Below are positions 31,098 to 32,000 of a stretch of 32,000 bases of DNA, one piece after another. The stretch is from Idiomarina loihiensis L2TR. Its GTDB lineage: Bacteria > Pseudomonadota > Gammaproteobacteria > Enterobacterales > Alteromonadaceae. The stretch covers positions 2,520,001-2,552,000 of the forward strand of contig NC_006512.1 of the NCBI RefSeq assembly GCF_000008465.1, given 5' to 3'. The notes under the pieces were generated by a model, which was not told where the DNA came from, searched no databases, and worked only from the letters and a program-made list of their open reading frames with translations. Both the position numbers and the translations under genes were made by a program. Numbering within the stretch: position 1 is the first letter of the stretch; each line of letters opens with the position of its first letter.

Positions 31098-31490
31098 TTA
31101 ATAGGTACTGGGCAGCTCCATAATACCGTCAATTTCAATCTGCGCGCCTTTCGGCAACTGCTTTACGCCGATAGCCGCGCGAGCCGGATACGGTTCTCTG
31201 AAATGCTTCGCCATGACTTCATTTACAATGGCAAACTGCCCCAGATCGGTCAGGTAAATCTGTACCTTTATCATGTCCTGCAGTTCGCCGCCGGATGCCT
31301 CACAAACAGCCGTCAGGTTTTTAAACACCTGCTCGGCCTGGGCCGTGAAGTCTTCGCTAACGAGCTCCATACTTTCAGGAACCAGAGGAATTTGTCCGGA
31401 AAGGTATACTGTCGTACCAATTTTTACCGCCTGCGAATAAGTGCCGATAGCTGCTGGCGCTTTATCCGTTGAAATAATCACTTTAGACAT
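31098..31490 (-). CDS. ridA: RidA (YjgF/TdcF) family reactive enamine/imine deaminase
   Basis: 130 aa. '[26 protein letters not shown]' and '[22 protein letters not shown]' are canonical RidA blocks. It starts 1 nt after the spoT stop. Confidence 0.9.
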   Translation of the reverse strand: MSKVIISTDKAPAAIGTYSQAVKIGTTVYLSGQIPLVPESMELVSEDFTAQAEQVFKNLTAVCEASGGELQDMIKVQIYLTDLGQFAIVNEVMAKHFREPYPARAAIGVKQLPKGAQIEIDGIMELPSTY

Positions 31491-31491
31491 A

Positions 31492-32000
31492 TTACTTCCT
31501 TAAGCGCGTCACGCGCTGAACATCCGGCATCTTGCGAATATGACGGATCACATCCGCTAAATGCTTACGGTTTTTTATCGTTAAAGCCACATCAATGAAA
31601 TAAATGTTGGCATCAATTTCTTCGGTCTGCAGACCATCAATATTGCAGCCCGTGGTTGCAATAGCCGATGTTAACTTAGCCAGCACGCCCTGATTATTGA
31701 CAATTTCAATGCGAATTTCAGAAATAAACTCGGCTTCGGGTTTGTTATCCCACTCAACCGGGAAGTAACGCCCCGGGTCATCTTCATGGCCACGAACGTT
31801 TTTACACTCACGACGATGAATAACCAAACCTTTACCCGGACTCACATGGGCAATGATATCGTCGCCCGGAATGGGGCGACAGCATTTGGCAAAACTGACC
31901 AGCAGGCCTTCGGCGCCTTTAATCGAGAGGCTTTTTTGTGATGCGTTGTCATCTTTTATCGGTTGTAAGTCGCCTAAAAGCCGCTTCGCAATGGCCACCG
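31492..32000 (-). CDS. spoT: Bifunctional (p)ppGpp synthetase/hydrolase SpoT, C-terminal part only (TGS-distal and ACT/RRM region); continues beyond the window
   Basis: The frame is open to the window edge. '[32 protein letters not shown]' (zinc-finger/CC region) and the ACT domain ending '[15 protein letters not shown]' parallel the E. coli SpoT C-terminus. Confidence 0.9.
   Translation of the reverse strand, partial: VAIAKRLLGDLQPIKDDNASQKSLSIKGAEGLLVSFAKCCRPIPGDDIIAHVSPGKGLVIHRRECKNVRGHEDDPGRYFPVEWDNKPEAEFISEIRIEIVNNQGVLAKLTSAIATTGCNIDGLQTEEIDANIYFIDVALTIKNRKHLADVIRHIRKMPDVQRVTRLRK

Overview
This window is dense and mostly core-genome. It looks like a marine gammaproteobacterium of the Alteromonadales type, about 48% GC by eye. 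The taxon is my inference from protein motifs and gene order, not a search result.

I call about 34 protein-coding genes. Most sit in E. coli-like synteny blocks:
- trxA-rho, with ubiD-fre fused directly behind rho
- rhlB plus a short gppA/ppx-like gene
- hemB
- ubiE-ubiJ-ubiB-tatA-tatB-tatC-tatD
- trmH-recG
- the 3' end of spoT, followed by ridA

I saw no rRNA, tRNA, CRISPR array, transposase, integrase or phage gene. The intergenic space is too small to hide one: only 8 gaps exceed 50 nt and the largest is 346 nt.

The non-core content is:
1. A clear TPP (THI-box) riboswitch leading an operon of TonB-dependent receptor, YkoF-like thiamine binder, PnuC-like channel and ThiK-like kinase, probably with a trailing MFS transporter.
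2. A 7TMR-DISM GGDEF diguanylate cyclase wedged between tatD and hemB.
3. A patch splitting the usual spoT...trmH-recG linkage, with an NhaC-family transporter, a GNAT/carbon-nitrogen-hydrolase fusion enzyme and an EAL-HDOD protein in alternating orientation.
4. Small items: a DUF3185 mini-membrane protein, a possible small transcript next to the dps terminator, and an unusual rho leader.

I do not see a convincing defence-type or clearly unprecedented multi-gene system. The best candidates for under-described biology are the riboswitch-controlled thiamine scavenging operon with its extra MFS, and the GNAT-nitrilase/NhaC divergent pair.

All protein calls rest on remembered family motifs and E. 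coli orthologue similarity. No searches were run.
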